A program made the position numbers and the translations under genes. The notes under the pieces are model-generated. The model was not told the DNA's origin. It saw only the letters and a list, made by a program, of their open reading frames with translations, and ran no database searches. Shown one piece after another: positions 20,363 through 30,389 of a stretch of DNA of 64,000 bases (positions are counted from its first letter, which is position 1; every line of letters starts with the position of its first letter). The stretch is from an uncultured Bacilli bacterium (lineage in GTDB: Bacteria > Bacillota_I > Bacilli_A > RF39 > UBA660), in NCBI GenBank assembly GCA_947623925.1, contig CANQID010000002.1:25823-89822 (forward strand), read 5' to 3'.

Positions 20363-21853
20363 GTGGAGGTAGATAAAATGAAAGAAAATAAAAAAAGTTT
20401 AGATATTTTAATAGCTATTGGAATTGCATTTTTAATATTTATTGTTTTAAGTTATATAATTCCAGTTGGTTATTATAGTTCTACAACTTATACAGGAGGA
20501 GAAACTGAACCTGTTGGACTTGTTGGAATATTTATGAATCCATTATACAGTATTGCTATATTTGTTCAGTATGTAGTAGTATTTCTTGCAATAGGCGGAT
20601 TATACGCTATTATGAATAAGACAGGAGTTTATAGTAGAATAATTGGTGGAGTAGCAAAAAAATTCGAAAATAAGAAAAAAGTATTTTTAATTATAAGTAT
20701 AATTTCATTTGCATTACTTTCATCATTAAGTGGGTTGCCAGTTGTACTATTTACATTAGTGCCATTTGCAACAGCAGTAATTTTACTTCTTGGATATGAT
20801 AAAGTAACTGCGCTTGCTTCAACTGTTGGAGCTATAATTATTGGTTTAATGGGATCAACTTATGGTAATGGTCTAGTATTTAGAAGTTTTTTTGGTTTAG
20901 ATGCAAACAATGGAATACTTTATAAATTTGTTTTATTAATTGTTTTAGTATTCTTACTTATAATGTTTGTTACACTTAAAAGTAGAAGTATAGAAAATAC
21001 TGAAAAAATTGAACAAAAAGAAAAAACAACAAAATCAAAGAAAACTAAAAAGGAAGAAAAAGTAGAAGAAGTTAAAAAAATCGAAATACCTTATTACGAT
21101 GAAAAAAATACAAATAAAAAAAGTTGTGTACCATTGATTATTATAATTTGTTTATTAATTGTAATATCTTTAGTTGGCATGTTTAATTGGTATTATACAT
21201 TTGATATAGATTTATTTAATAAATTAAGCACATCAATAACTTCATTTAAAGTTGGTGGAGTAGCAATATTTTCTAAAATTCTAGGTACATTTACTGAAAT
21301 AGGACAATGGGGTAATTATGAGTTTGCAGCGTTACTATTATTTGCTACTTTATTAATTGCATGGGTTTATAGTATTAAACCAAGTGATGCTGTTGAAACT
21401 TACTTCGATGGAATTAAGTCAATGCTTAAAACTGCTATTTATGTTGCATTAGCTTGCATTGTATTTGCTGTTATGGTAAACAGTGAAAATGGAACAATAA
21501 GTGCTACTATAACAAACTTTATACTTGGTTTATCAAAATCATTTAATGTACTTTTGGTAAGTTTAACAGGTATGGTAGGAGGATTCTTCTATAATGATTT
21601 CCCTTATTTAGTAAGTGGAATGTATGGAGCATTAGGAACTTATGAACAAACTGTTTTACCAGTTATTAGTGTTATATTACAATCAGCATATGGATTTGTA
21701 ATGCTTGTATTACCAGTTAGTGTAATTTTAGTTGCAGGTTTAAAATTCTTAGATGTTTCATATAGAGAATGGATAAAATATATATGGAAACTTTTACTTC
21801 AATTATTTGTAGTAGTTATACTATTTGGACTTATTTTATCAATGATTATTTAG
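20363..21853 (+). CDS. Polytopic membrane transporter, YfcC-like family, with a Lys/Glu-rich cytoplasmic insert
   Basis: About 12 predicted TM segments. An N-terminal 'IIPVGYY' and 'FLAIGGLYAIMNKTG' resemble YfcC. Residues 205-250 are KE-rich. Confidence 0.4.
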   Translation: MEVDKMKENKKSLDILIAIGIAFLIFIVLSYIIPVGYYSSTTYTGGETEPVGLVGIFMNPLYSIAIFVQYVVVFLAIGGLYAIMNKTGVYSRIIGGVAKKFENKKKVFLIISIISFALLSSLSGLPVVLFTLVPFATAVILLLGYDKVTALASTVGAIIIGLMGSTYGNGLVFRSFFGLDANNGILYKFVLLIVLVFLLIMFVTLKSRSIENTEKIEQKEKTTKSKKTKKEEKVEEVKKIEIPYYDEKNTNKKSCVPLIIIICLLIVISLVGMFNWYYTFDIDLFNKLSTSITSFKVGGVAIFSKILGTFTEIGQWGNYEFAALLLFATLLIAWVYSIKPSDAVETYFDGIKSMLKTAIYVALACIVFAVMVNSENGTISATITNFILGLSKSFNVLLVSLTGMVGGFFYNDFPYLVSGMYGALGTYEQTVLPVISVILQSAYGFVMLVLPVSVILVAGLKFLDVSYREWIKYIWKLLLQLFVVVILFGLILSMII

Positions 21854-21874
21854 ATTTAAATTTTAAGTAATAGA

Positions 21875-21905
21875 AGTTCTAATTATATTAATTAGAACTT
21901 TTTAA
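21875..21905 (+). terminator. Rho-independent terminator
   Basis: 'agttctaatt-atatt-aattagaact' followed by 'ttttt'. Confidence 0.55.
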
Positions 21906-22012
21906 TTGCATAAATTTTTATTTAATATAATTTTTGAATAAAAAAATATGATAATTTTGTGTAATTGATAGAAAAAAAATATATTTAATGCTATAATTAT
22001 TATGGTGATGAT

Positions 22013-23111
22013 ATGGAGATTTATGAATTGACGAATATTTACAGTGATTTATTAAATAGAGTAAATGACTTATGGAGGTTACTTTGACACTGATTCAAAG
22101 AATGAAAAAATAAAACAATTAGAATCAAAAATGTTATTACCAAATTTTTGGGATTCAAAAAAAGAAAGTGAAAAAATAATAAATGAGTTAAATGAATTAA
22201 AAAATAAAATTGAAAAAACCACTAATTTAAAAAATAAAATACAAAATAATGTCGATATATTAGAATCTATAAAAAATAATATGGATTTAGAAATAAAAGA
22301 ATTATTAGAAAATGAAATAGATGATTTAAAAGAAGAATTAAGTTTACTTGAAATAGAAACATTACTTTCTAAACCATATGATTCATGTAATGCAATACTT
22401 GAAATACATTCAGGAGCAGGAGGAACAGAAGCATGTGACTGGGCAGAAATGCTTTATAGAATGTATCAAAGATGGTGTGAAAAAAAAGGATATAAAATGG
22501 AAGTCACAGATATTCAAAATGGTGATGAAGCAGGTATAAAAAGTTTAACTGCAATAGTAAAGGGAACTAATGCTTATGGATATTTAAAAAATGAAAAAGG
22601 AATACATAGGTTAGTAAGGATTTCACCATTTGATTCAAATTCAAGAAGACATACTTCATTTGCAGGTATTGATGTAACGCCACTTTTTGAAAATGATAAA
22701 ATTGATATTGAAATAAAACCATCAGATATAAGGATTGATGTATATAGAAGTAGTGGATGTGGTGGACAAGGTGTCAATACAACAGATTCAGCAGTTCGTA
22801 TAACTCATATACCTACGAAAATTGTTGTTACTTGTCAAAATGAAAGAAGTCAGATTCAAAACAAAGAAAAAGCAATGGAAGTTTTATTAAGTAAATTATA
22901 TAAATTAGAAATAGAAAAAAGAAATGATGAATTAAAAAATATAAAAGGTAATTTAGATGACATAAATTTTGGTTCACAAATAAGAAGTTACATAATGTGT
23001 CCTTATACATTGGTTAAAGATCATAGAACAAATGTAGAAGTAACGAACGTAGAAGATGTTTTAAATGGTAATATAGATGTATTTATAAATAGTGTTTTAA
23101 AGGAAGGTTAG
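22013..23111 (+). CDS. prfB: Peptide chain release factor 2, translated via programmed +1 frameshift (22013..22084 joined to 22086..23111)
   Basis: The upstream frame 'MEIYELTNIYSDLLNRVNDLWRLL' ends at CTT TGA C. The downstream frame contains 'SPF' (RISPFDS) and 'SGCGGQGVNTTDSAVRITHIPT'. Confidence 0.9.
22074..22088 (+). promoter_or_regulatory. RF2 autoregulatory +1 frameshift site (internal SD-like GGAGG, then CTT TGA C)
   Basis: 'GGAGGttaCTTTGAC' occurs 24 codons into prfB. This is the canonical shifty site with a UGA stop. Confidence 0.85.
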
Positions 23112-23112
23112 T

Positions 23113-23991
23113 ATGTTTTTTAAGAAGAAAAATGATGAAAAATTTATTTTACAAGAAATTTATTCGAAAACTAGATTAATTAGATATGCACAGTTTTTAG
23201 TAGGGCTTTTACTTGTTTCTGTTGCATTTAATATATTTGTTTTACCATATGGAGTAGTGTATGGTGTAAGTGGACTTGGTGTAATATTAAATAAAACATT
23301 AGGTATAAATCCATCTTTTGTTATTTTAGTTAGTTCAGTTTTATTATTGATTTTAAGTTTTTTAGTTTTAGGTAAAGATAAAACAAGAAATTCAATAGTT
23401 GGTTCACTTTTATATCCATTATTTGTTGAATCAACAAGTTGGATTATACAATATGTAGATTTAGGTTCTACAGAAATAATAGTAATAATTGTTTTTGGCT
23501 CACTTATAAGTGGACTTGGACATGGATTAATATTTAAATCAGGATTTACAACAGGAGGAACTGACATTTTAAATCAAATAGTAGCAACTAAATCTAAGAC
23601 ATCAATAGGGAAAGCAATGTTATTTACAGATGGAGTAATAATACTTAGTTCATTGTTTATATTTGGATGGCAAAATTTTATTTATTCAATTATAAATATG
23701 TATATAATAAGTGTTATAACAGATAAAGTAATACTTGGAATTTCAAGTTCTAAAACGTTTTATATAATAACAGAACATGAAGATAAAGTAAAAGAATTTA
23801 TTTTGCAATATTTAAGTCATGGTGTAACAATTTTAGAAGCCAGAGGAGGTTACACGAATACAAAACAAAAAGTTATAATGTGTACCGTTCCTACTAAAGA
23901 ATATTTCAAAGCAAAAGAAGGAATACATACTATTGATAAAGATGCGTTTTTTCTAGTTACGGATGCATATGAAGTTTATGGAGGAGAATAA
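23113..23991 (+). CDS. YitT-family membrane protein (DUF161 + C-terminal DUF2179)
   Basis: 292 aa with about 5 TMs and a C-terminal soluble domain. The architecture and size fit the YitT/YqfU family. Confidence 0.5.
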   Translation: MFFKKKNDEKFILQEIYSKTRLIRYAQFLVGLLLVSVAFNIFVLPYGVVYGVSGLGVILNKTLGINPSFVILVSSVLLLILSFLVLGKDKTRNSIVGSLLYPLFVESTSWIIQYVDLGSTEIIVIIVFGSLISGLGHGLIFKSGFTTGGTDILNQIVATKSKTSIGKAMLFTDGVIILSSLFIFGWQNFIYSIINMYIISVITDKVILGISSSKTFYIITEHEDKVKEFILQYLSHGVTILEARGGYTNTKQKVIMCTVPTKEYFKAKEGIHTIDKDAFFLVTDAYEVYGGE

Positions 23992-23993
23992 AA

Positions 23994-24689
23994 ATGGATT
24001 TAATTAGATTTCAAAAAGTTACTAAAAAATATAAAAATGGTGTAACAGCTGTAAATGATATAAGTCTTTCAATTGAAAAGGGAGATTTTGTATTTGTAAT
24101 AGGATCTACTGGATGTGGAAAATCTACATTGATAAAGATGTTATATCGTGAAGAAAGACCAACTAGTGGAAAAATAATTGTTGGTGGAATTGATGTTGCA
24201 AAATTAAAAAATTGGAGAGTATTTAAAATAAGAAGAAAAATAGGAGTAGTGTTTCAAGATTTTAAATTGTTATCAAAACTAACAGTGTATGAAAATGTCG
24301 CATTTGCTCTTGAAATTTTTGGATTACCAAAATCTCAAATATATAATAGAGTTATGAAAGTATTAGATTTGGTTGGTTTAAAATCAAAAGCAAAACAATA
24401 TCCAACACAATTATCAGGTGGAGAACAACAAAGAGTTGCAATAGCCCGTGCAATTGTAAATGAACCTAAATTGTTAATATGTGATGAACCAACAGGTAAT
24501 TTGGATGAGGATACTAGTATGGAAATTATGAATGTATTAGATGAGATTAATAAGTTAGGAACAACTATTATAATGGTTACGCATGATACAGAAATAGTGG
24601 AAAAAATGAAGAAAAGAGTAATTTTACTTGATTCAGGTAGAATTTTAAAAGATTATGAGAAAGGAACTTATGTACATGAAAGCAATTAG
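23994..24689 (+). CDS. ftsE: Cell division ABC ATPase FtsE
   Basis: Walker A 'GSTGCGKST', ABC signature 'LSGGEQQRVAIARA', Walker B 'LLICDEPTGNLD'. It is followed by ftsX. Confidence 0.85.
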   Translation: MDLIRFQKVTKKYKNGVTAVNDISLSIEKGDFVFVIGSTGCGKSTLIKMLYREERPTSGKIIVGGIDVAKLKNWRVFKIRRKIGVVFQDFKLLSKLTVYENVAFALEIFGLPKSQIYNRVMKVLDLVGLKSKAKQYPTQLSGGEQQRVAIARAIVNEPKLLICDEPTGNLDEDTSMEIMNVLDEINKLGTTIIMVTHDTEIVEKMKKRVILLDSGRILKDYEKGTYVHESN

Positions 24690-25605
24690 AATTTTTGGAA
24701 GAAATATAAGAGATGCATTTAAAAGTGTTTTTAGAAATTTTTCACTTTCATTTGCTTCAATATCATGTATAACTATAACTCTTTTAGTTGTTTCAATAGC
24801 TGTTATTCTTTCTTATAATGTTAATAATTTTACTAAACTTGTTGAAAAAGATGTAACAATAGTTACATTCTTAGATACAAAAACAACAGATGAAGTTGCT
24901 AACGAATATTTAGAAAAAATTAAATTTATAGATGGAGTAGAATCAGTAGAATATAAATCTAAAATAGAAATTGCAGAAGAGATGATGGAATCATCAGAAG
25001 AGTATAATAATATTATGAGTGAATGGAAGAAAGATGGAGAGTGGATAAGAGATGAAATACCACTACAACCAACTTTACAAGTTAAAGCAGCCTCACTTAC
25101 TAAAATAGATGGAATCGCCGATCAGATACGAAAATTAGATGAAGAAAAAGAAACTATAAAAGTTGTACAATATGGTGAAGATATGGTTAAACAATTAATT
25201 TCTTTATTTGATATTGTTAGAAAAATAAGCATAGGTATGGTAGTAGCATTGATATTGGTTACAGCATTTCTAATTTCTAATACAATTAAAATAACAATTT
25301 TTTCAAGAAAAAAAGAGATTGAAATAATGAGATTGGTTGGTGCCTCAAACTTGAATATTAAAATACCATTTATATTCGAAGGTTTATTTTTAGGTATATT
25401 AGGATCAATTATTCCAATAATAATAACTACTTATGGTTATGTTGCAATATTTAAAAACTTTGATGGTCAGTTATTTTCACCATTTATACGTTTGATAGCG
25501 CCAGAACCATTTATATATTTAGTTTCAGGAATATTATTATTAATAGGAATGGTAGTAGGTATGTTTGGTAGTTTGGTAGCTGTAAGGAAACATTTAAAAA
25601 TATAA
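24670..25605 (+). CDS. ftsX: Cell division permease-like protein FtsX
   Basis: N-terminal TM, an extracellular domain and three C-terminal TMs ('RLVGASNLNI...'). It overlaps the end of ftsE. ATG at 24670 was chosen over the upstream ORF start. Confidence 0.8.
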   Translation: MYMKAIRIFGRNIRDAFKSVFRNFSLSFASISCITITLLVVSIAVILSYNVNNFTKLVEKDVTIVTFLDTKTTDEVANEYLEKIKFIDGVESVEYKSKIEIAEEMMESSEEYNNIMSEWKKDGEWIRDEIPLQPTLQVKAASLTKIDGIADQIRKLDEEKETIKVVQYGEDMVKQLISLFDIVRKISIGMVVALILVTAFLISNTIKITIFSRKKEIEIMRLVGASNLNIKIPFIFEGLFLGILGSIIPIIITTYGYVAIFKNFDGQLFSPFIRLIAPEPFIYLVSGILLLIGMVVGMFGSLVAVRKHLKI

Positions 25606-25612
25606 TAAAAAA

Positions 25613-25645
25613 AGTTCTATTTGAAAAAATAGAACTTTATTTTTT
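25613..25645. terminator. Bidirectional rho-independent terminator between ftsX (+) and the DUF308 gene (-)
   Basis: 'agttctattt-gaaa-aaatagaact' flanked by A-run/T-run. Confidence 0.6.
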
Positions 25646-26170
25646 AATTACATTTTCATTTTTTTGTTTCGGTGTCATAAAATATCCTACTATAGAAACA
25701 ACAGAATAAATAATCATTATCAATCCAATAGAAGAAAATACTAAATTAGATCTAAGTATTACATATAATCCTATTACAAGAAGTAAAATAGAAATAACTA
25801 ACATTTTAATCCAATCATTAGATTTATCTTTTAAATTAATTGCGATTATTAACTTATTGATTCCACCAATTAATATCCAAGCACCTATAAAAAATCTGAA
25901 TACAATTTCAATTATAGGACCACAGAACATTAAAATAATTCCAATAGCAATACAAATTATACCAACAGTAAGTTTTGCATTATAGTTATCATTTTTGTTT
26001 TTATTAGCGTTAAAAATTTTGAATCCACCAATTATAATTACAACAATTCCAAGTAAATAAGATATAAATGATACTATTCCATTAGGATTTGCAAATAAAA
26101 TAATTCCTATTAATAAAAATAATACAGAATTGATAATACTAGATGGATCTTTACTTAATAATTTATTCAT
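25637..26170 (-). CDS. HdeD/DUF308-family small membrane protein
   Basis: 177 aa with 5-6 TMs and repeated 'xIxGIILxxxG' segments typical of DUF308. Confidence 0.4.
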   Translation of the reverse strand: MNKLLSKDPSSIINSVLFLLIGIILFANPNGIVSFISYLLGIVVIIIGGFKIFNANKNKNDNYNAKLTVGIICIAIGIILMFCGPIIEIVFRFFIGAWILIGGINKLIIAINLKDKSNDWIKMLVISILLLVIGLYVILRSNLVFSSIGLIMIIYSVVSIVGYFMTPKQKNENVIKK

Positions 26171-26221
26171 ATATTCACCTCATAGTTAATTTTACACCTT
26201 ATTTAATTAAAATACAACTTA

Positions 26222-26659
26222 TTAATTTTCTATACTACATGAATATCCTTTCTCAGTAAGATTTTTCTTTAAATAGTCTATGCTTGAATTTTTTTTTATG
26301 TTAATTTTTTCTAATGAATTATCAGAATAATTTATATCTATATTAATTATAGCAGTTATCGTGTCATTATCTTTTTTGACTTCTGTATTTGAACCTTTTA
26401 CATTTTCTTTTATTATATTGCTTTCTATTTCATAGTACTTAAATATGTTATCAATATACTTTATCATATCATTATCAAATAATATTTCTTTAGAATTTAT
26501 ATAATTAAAAAGTTTATTATTTTTAAAGTAATATTTTTCTATAATTATTTCTTTACCATAAATGGTAGAGTAATTATATTTAGAACAGTTAAGTGTATAT
26601 TTTGAACATCCTGTTAAAAAAATTAATATAATAAATAATATTTTTTTCATTATTATCAC
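26222..26659 (-). CDS. Lipoprotein (145 aa)
   Basis: Signal peptide + lipobox 'FLTGC'. Confidence 0.5.
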   Translation of the reverse strand: MIIMKKILFIILIFLTGCSKYTLNCSKYNYSTIYGKEIIIEKYYFKNNKLFNYINSKEILFDNDMIKYIDNIFKYYEIESNIIKENVKGSNTEVKKDNDTITAIINIDINYSDNSLEKINIKKNSSIDYLKKNLTEKGYSCSIEN

Positions 26660-26690
26660 TACTTTAATTTATGTGATATAATTGGTATAG

Positions 26691-29285
26691 GTGAATGACA
26701 TGGAAAAAATAATTTTAGTTGATGGAAATAATTTGCTATTTAGAAGTTATTATGCAACTGCATATAATGGAAACTATATGAGAAATAGTAAGGGATTTCC
26801 TACTAATGCTTTATTTGGGTTTGCTAATATGATTAATAAAATAGTATTAGAAGAAAAACCATCATATATTTTAGTTGCCTTTGATAAAGGAAAAACATTT
26901 AGACATGAAAAATATAAAGATTATAAAGCAGGTAGAATAGAAATGCCTGATGAATTAAAACAACAATTCCCAGTTGCAAAACAAATGCTTACATTAATGG
27001 GAATAAAGTATTACGAAATAGAAAATTATGAGGCAGATGATATAATAGGAACATTTGCTAAATTTTGTGATAATACAAACTATATTGGAACAATAATAAG
27101 CAGTGATAAAGACTTACTTCAATTAATATCGGATAGTGTGGATATTAAACTACTAAAGATGAAAGATTATATTAGATATAATAAATCTAGTTTTTATGAT
27201 GAATACAAAATTAATCCAATAAATATAATAGATTTAAAAGCATTAATGGGAGATACTTCAGATAATATAAAGGGAGTTAAAGGTATAGGGGAAAAGACAG
27301 CTTTAAAATTATTACAAGAATATAAAACAATAGATGGAATATATGAAAATATAGATAAAATAAATGGTAAAATAAAGGATAAATTAATAGAAGGTAAAAA
27401 CGATGCATATGAAAGTTATGATTTGGCAACAATTGTAACAAATGTACCTATAGAAATAAGTATAGATGATATTATATATAAAGGAAATCAAAATGGTCTT
27501 AATGATTTGTATGAAGAACTTGAATTTTATTCATTTTTAAAAAATGAAAAAATAGATAAAGAAATACAAAAACCATTTGAAGTTAAAATAATTAAAAACA
27601 TTGATGAAATAAATATTGACAGTAAATGTTCAATATATTTAGAAATATTTGGAACAAATTATCATAATTCCAAAATACTTGGTATGGGTGTATATAATGA
27701 AAAAAATAGTATATTTATACCATTTGAAATATTAAAACAAAATCCTAAATTTTTAACTTCAGTAGAAAAATATACATATGATATAAAAAAAGTTTATGTT
27801 TCACTTAAATGGAATAATATAGAAATTAAAAATGTTGATTATGATACTATGTTAGCAGGATATTTACTTGATTATAACATAAAAGATGATATTGCATATA
27901 TAGCTAATCAATTTGACTATGATGTACCATTTTATGATAGTATTTATGGTAAGAAAAACAAACTTATTGAACCTAATATAGATGTGATTGCTTATACTTG
28001 TGCACTTAAAGCAAAGTTTATTTATGAAACACATGATATTTTTATAGATAAATTAAAAAAAGAAAATTTAATAGATTTATTTAATGATGTCGAAATACCT
28101 TTATCCTATACATTAGGTGATATGGAATATAATGGTGTAATTGTAGATAAAGATATTTTAAATGAAATGGGAATAGAATTTAAGAAAAAAATAGATGAAG
28201 TTGAAAAAGAAATATATAAGTGTGCAGGTCATGAATTTAAAATTGCTTCATCTCAACAACTTGGTACTGTATTATTTGATGAATTAAATTTACCTCATGG
28301 TAAAAAAAGTAAAAATGGCTATTCAACAGCTATAGATGTTCTTAATAAATTAATTGATAAACATCCAATAATAAACATGATAATAGAATATAGAATGCTT
28401 ACTAAATTATATAGTACATATGTAGAAGGTCTGATATCTGCAATTCATTCTGATGGTAGAGTACACACTATTTTTACACAAGCATTAACTCGTACAGGAA
28501 GATTGTCATCAATAGAACCAAATTTACAAAATATTCCTATAAGATATGAATATGGAAAACTTATAAGAAAAGCATTTTTGCCTTCTTCAAATTCGATTAT
28601 TTTAAGTTCAGACTATTCACAAATAGAACTTAGAATTTTAGCGCATGTTTCACAAGTTGAGGCATTAAAAGATGCTTTTAAGAAAGATATAGATATTCAT
28701 ACTAAAACAGCGAGTGATATATTCAAGGTAGATATAAGTGATGTTACAAAAGATATGAGAAGAGTTGCTAAAGCGGTTAATTTTGGAATAATATATGGAA
28801 TAAGTGGTTATGGACTTTCTGAAAATTTAGGAATTACTACTAAAGAAGCAACAAAGTTTATAGATGAATATTTAAATGCATATCCTGGTATAAAAAAATA
28901 TATGGAAGAAACTATAAAAAATGCGCATGAAACTAAATGTGTAAGAACACTATTTAATAGAAAACGAAATATTCCAGAACTTGATAATAAAAATTATTTA
29001 ATAAGAAATAGTGGTGAACGTATTGCGCTTAATACTCCAATACAAGGAACAAGTGCAGATATAATTAAAATAGCTATGATAAATGCAGATAAAGAAATGA
29101 AAAAAAGAAATTTGAAATCTAAAATGATATTACAAGTACATGATGAACTTATATTTGATGTACTAGAAAGTGAATTACAAGAAGTTAAAGATATAGTAAA
29201 AAATACTATGGAAAATGTATGTGATTTAACAGTACCATTAAAAGTTGATATAGAAACAGGTAGTGATTGGTATGAAGCTAAATAA
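26691..29285 (+). CDS. polA: DNA polymerase I
   Basis: 5'-3' exonuclease N-domain ('ILVDGNNLLFRSYYA', 'ADDIIGT'), polymerase motif A 'DYSQIELRILAH', motif B 'RRVAKAVNFGIIYGIS' and motif C 'VHDELIFDV'. 864 aa. Confidence 0.9.
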   Translation: MNDMEKIILVDGNNLLFRSYYATAYNGNYMRNSKGFPTNALFGFANMINKIVLEEKPSYILVAFDKGKTFRHEKYKDYKAGRIEMPDELKQQFPVAKQMLTLMGIKYYEIENYEADDIIGTFAKFCDNTNYIGTIISSDKDLLQLISDSVDIKLLKMKDYIRYNKSSFYDEYKINPINIIDLKALMGDTSDNIKGVKGIGEKTALKLLQEYKTIDGIYENIDKINGKIKDKLIEGKNDAYESYDLATIVTNVPIEISIDDIIYKGNQNGLNDLYEELEFYSFLKNEKIDKEIQKPFEVKIIKNIDEINIDSKCSIYLEIFGTNYHNSKILGMGVYNEKNSIFIPFEILKQNPKFLTSVEKYTYDIKKVYVSLKWNNIEIKNVDYDTMLAGYLLDYNIKDDIAYIANQFDYDVPFYDSIYGKKNKLIEPNIDVIAYTCALKAKFIYETHDIFIDKLKKENLIDLFNDVEIPLSYTLGDMEYNGVIVDKDILNEMGIEFKKKIDEVEKEIYKCAGHEFKIASSQQLGTVLFDELNLPHGKKSKNGYSTAIDVLNKLIDKHPIINMIIEYRMLTKLYSTYVEGLISAIHSDGRVHTIFTQALTRTGRLSSIEPNLQNIPIRYEYGKLIRKAFLPSSNSIILSSDYSQIELRILAHVSQVEALKDAFKKDIDIHTKTASDIFKVDISDVTKDMRRVAKAVNFGIIYGISGYGLSENLGITTKEATKFIDEYLNAYPGIKKYMEETIKNAHETKCVRTLFNRKRNIPELDNKNYLIRNSGERIALNTPIQGTSADIIKIAMINADKEMKKRNLKSKMILQVHDELIFDVLESELQEVKDIVKNTMENVCDLTVPLKVDIETGSDWYEAK

Positions 29286-29327
29286 ATATTTACAAACTAA
29301 TAAATATAATGTATAATTTTACTAGAA

Positions 29328-30119
29328 TTGAGGTATATTATGAAAAAAATTATATTAAAAATTCCTATAGTTATACTATCAATGTTTTGTTTTGTCAATG
29401 TTGTAAATGCTTCTATTGAGTGTAGTTATGAATTTGAAAGTTCTACCGTGAAAAGTTCGTTTCCAGAAAAAGGAAATAAAACAATTTTAAAAAAAGATGA
29501 TGATGGAAATATTTCTTTAACCAATAATGGTAATCCACAGAAAAAAGCAGAAAAGTTTAATATGGATAATTCTTGCCCAGAAAAATTATATTTTACTTAT
29601 GGTGGTATGGCATGTGATTCTACTATGAATGCATGGACTACAGAAAAAGGTGTTAAGTGTTCAACTCAAGCAACTTTTAAATTAGTTTCAAACATATCAA
29701 GTGATAATAATTCAACTACAAATTCAGATAATAACTCAAATACAAATTCAAGTAATAATTCAAACGATGTAAAACTATATGATATAGTAACATGTGGTAA
29801 TAATTTAGAATTACCAGAAGATTTAGTAAAACTTATTTCAATTGTAATTACGGCTATGCAAGTTGCAGTACCAATTATATTAATTGTAATGGGGATGCTT
29901 GACTTTGCTAAGGCTGCTTCAGCTTCAAAAGAAGAGGATATGAAAAAAGCTCAACAGTCATTTGTAAGAAGATTAATAGCTGGTGCATGTGTATTTTTAG
30001 TAATATGTGTTGTAAAAATTGCAGTTGGCATCGTAAATACAGATGATAGTAATGACATGTTAAAATGTGTTGATAAACTTTTGAATGGTGAGACAAGTAC
30101 TGAAAAGAAATCAAATTGA
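29328..30119 (+). CDS. Secreted/membrane protein with N-terminal signal peptide, Asn/Ser-rich linker and a C-terminal two-helix hydrophobic hairpin (pilin-like)
   Basis: Signal 'ILSMFCFVNVVNA|S', low complexity 'NSDNNSNTNSSNNSN', and hairpin 'IVITAMQVAVPIILIVMGMLDFAKAASASKEEDMKKAQQSFVRRLIAGACVFLVICVVKIAVGIV'. Confidence 0.45.
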   Translation: MRYIMKKIILKIPIVILSMFCFVNVVNASIECSYEFESSTVKSSFPEKGNKTILKKDDDGNISLTNNGNPQKKAEKFNMDNSCPEKLYFTYGGMACDSTMNAWTTEKGVKCSTQATFKLVSNISSDNNSTTNSDNNSNTNSSNNSNDVKLYDIVTCGNNLELPEDLVKLISIVITAMQVAVPIILIVMGMLDFAKAASASKEEDMKKAQQSFVRRLIAGACVFLVICVVKIAVGIVNTDDSNDMLKCVDKLLNGETSTEKKSN

Positions 30120-30189
30120 TAAAGTAAATAGAAGTTGATATTATAAAAATATCATAAATAGAAATATTATAATTAAGTCAATGATGGAG

Positions 30190-30372
30190 AATAGTAATAA
30201 ATATATTATTTTATAGAAAGTCAGTGGTTGATGAAAACTGATAATAAATGTTTATGAATCTACTCTTGAGAGAAATGAAAACATTTCCGGTAATACCGTT
30301 ATAAAAATTAAGAGACTGTGTAGGATGGTACCGCATGTATTTGCTCCTACAATATGTCTCTTTTTGTTAAAA
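30190..30372 (+). promoter_or_regulatory. T-box leader (tRNA-sensing riboswitch) upstream of serS
   Basis: T-box sequence 'gtaggatGGTACCGCatg' at 30321-30337. The terminator 'agagactgtgtagga...tcctacaatatgtctct' + 'ttttgtt' overlaps the antiterminator. Confidence 0.6.
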
Positions 30373-30389
30373 AAAGAAAGGAATATAAT

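Noticed and set aside
24655-24669. Upstream extension of ftsX (MRKELMYMKAIR...)
   Set aside because: It extends into ftsE coding sequence. ATG 24670, preceded by 'gagaaaggaa', is the more plausible coupled start.
29328-30119. Possibility that the polA-serS pilin-like gene marks a second mobile element
   Set aside because: No integrase, relaxase or repeat boundaries are nearby, and the flanking genes are syntenic housekeeping. It is treated as a core-genome gene.
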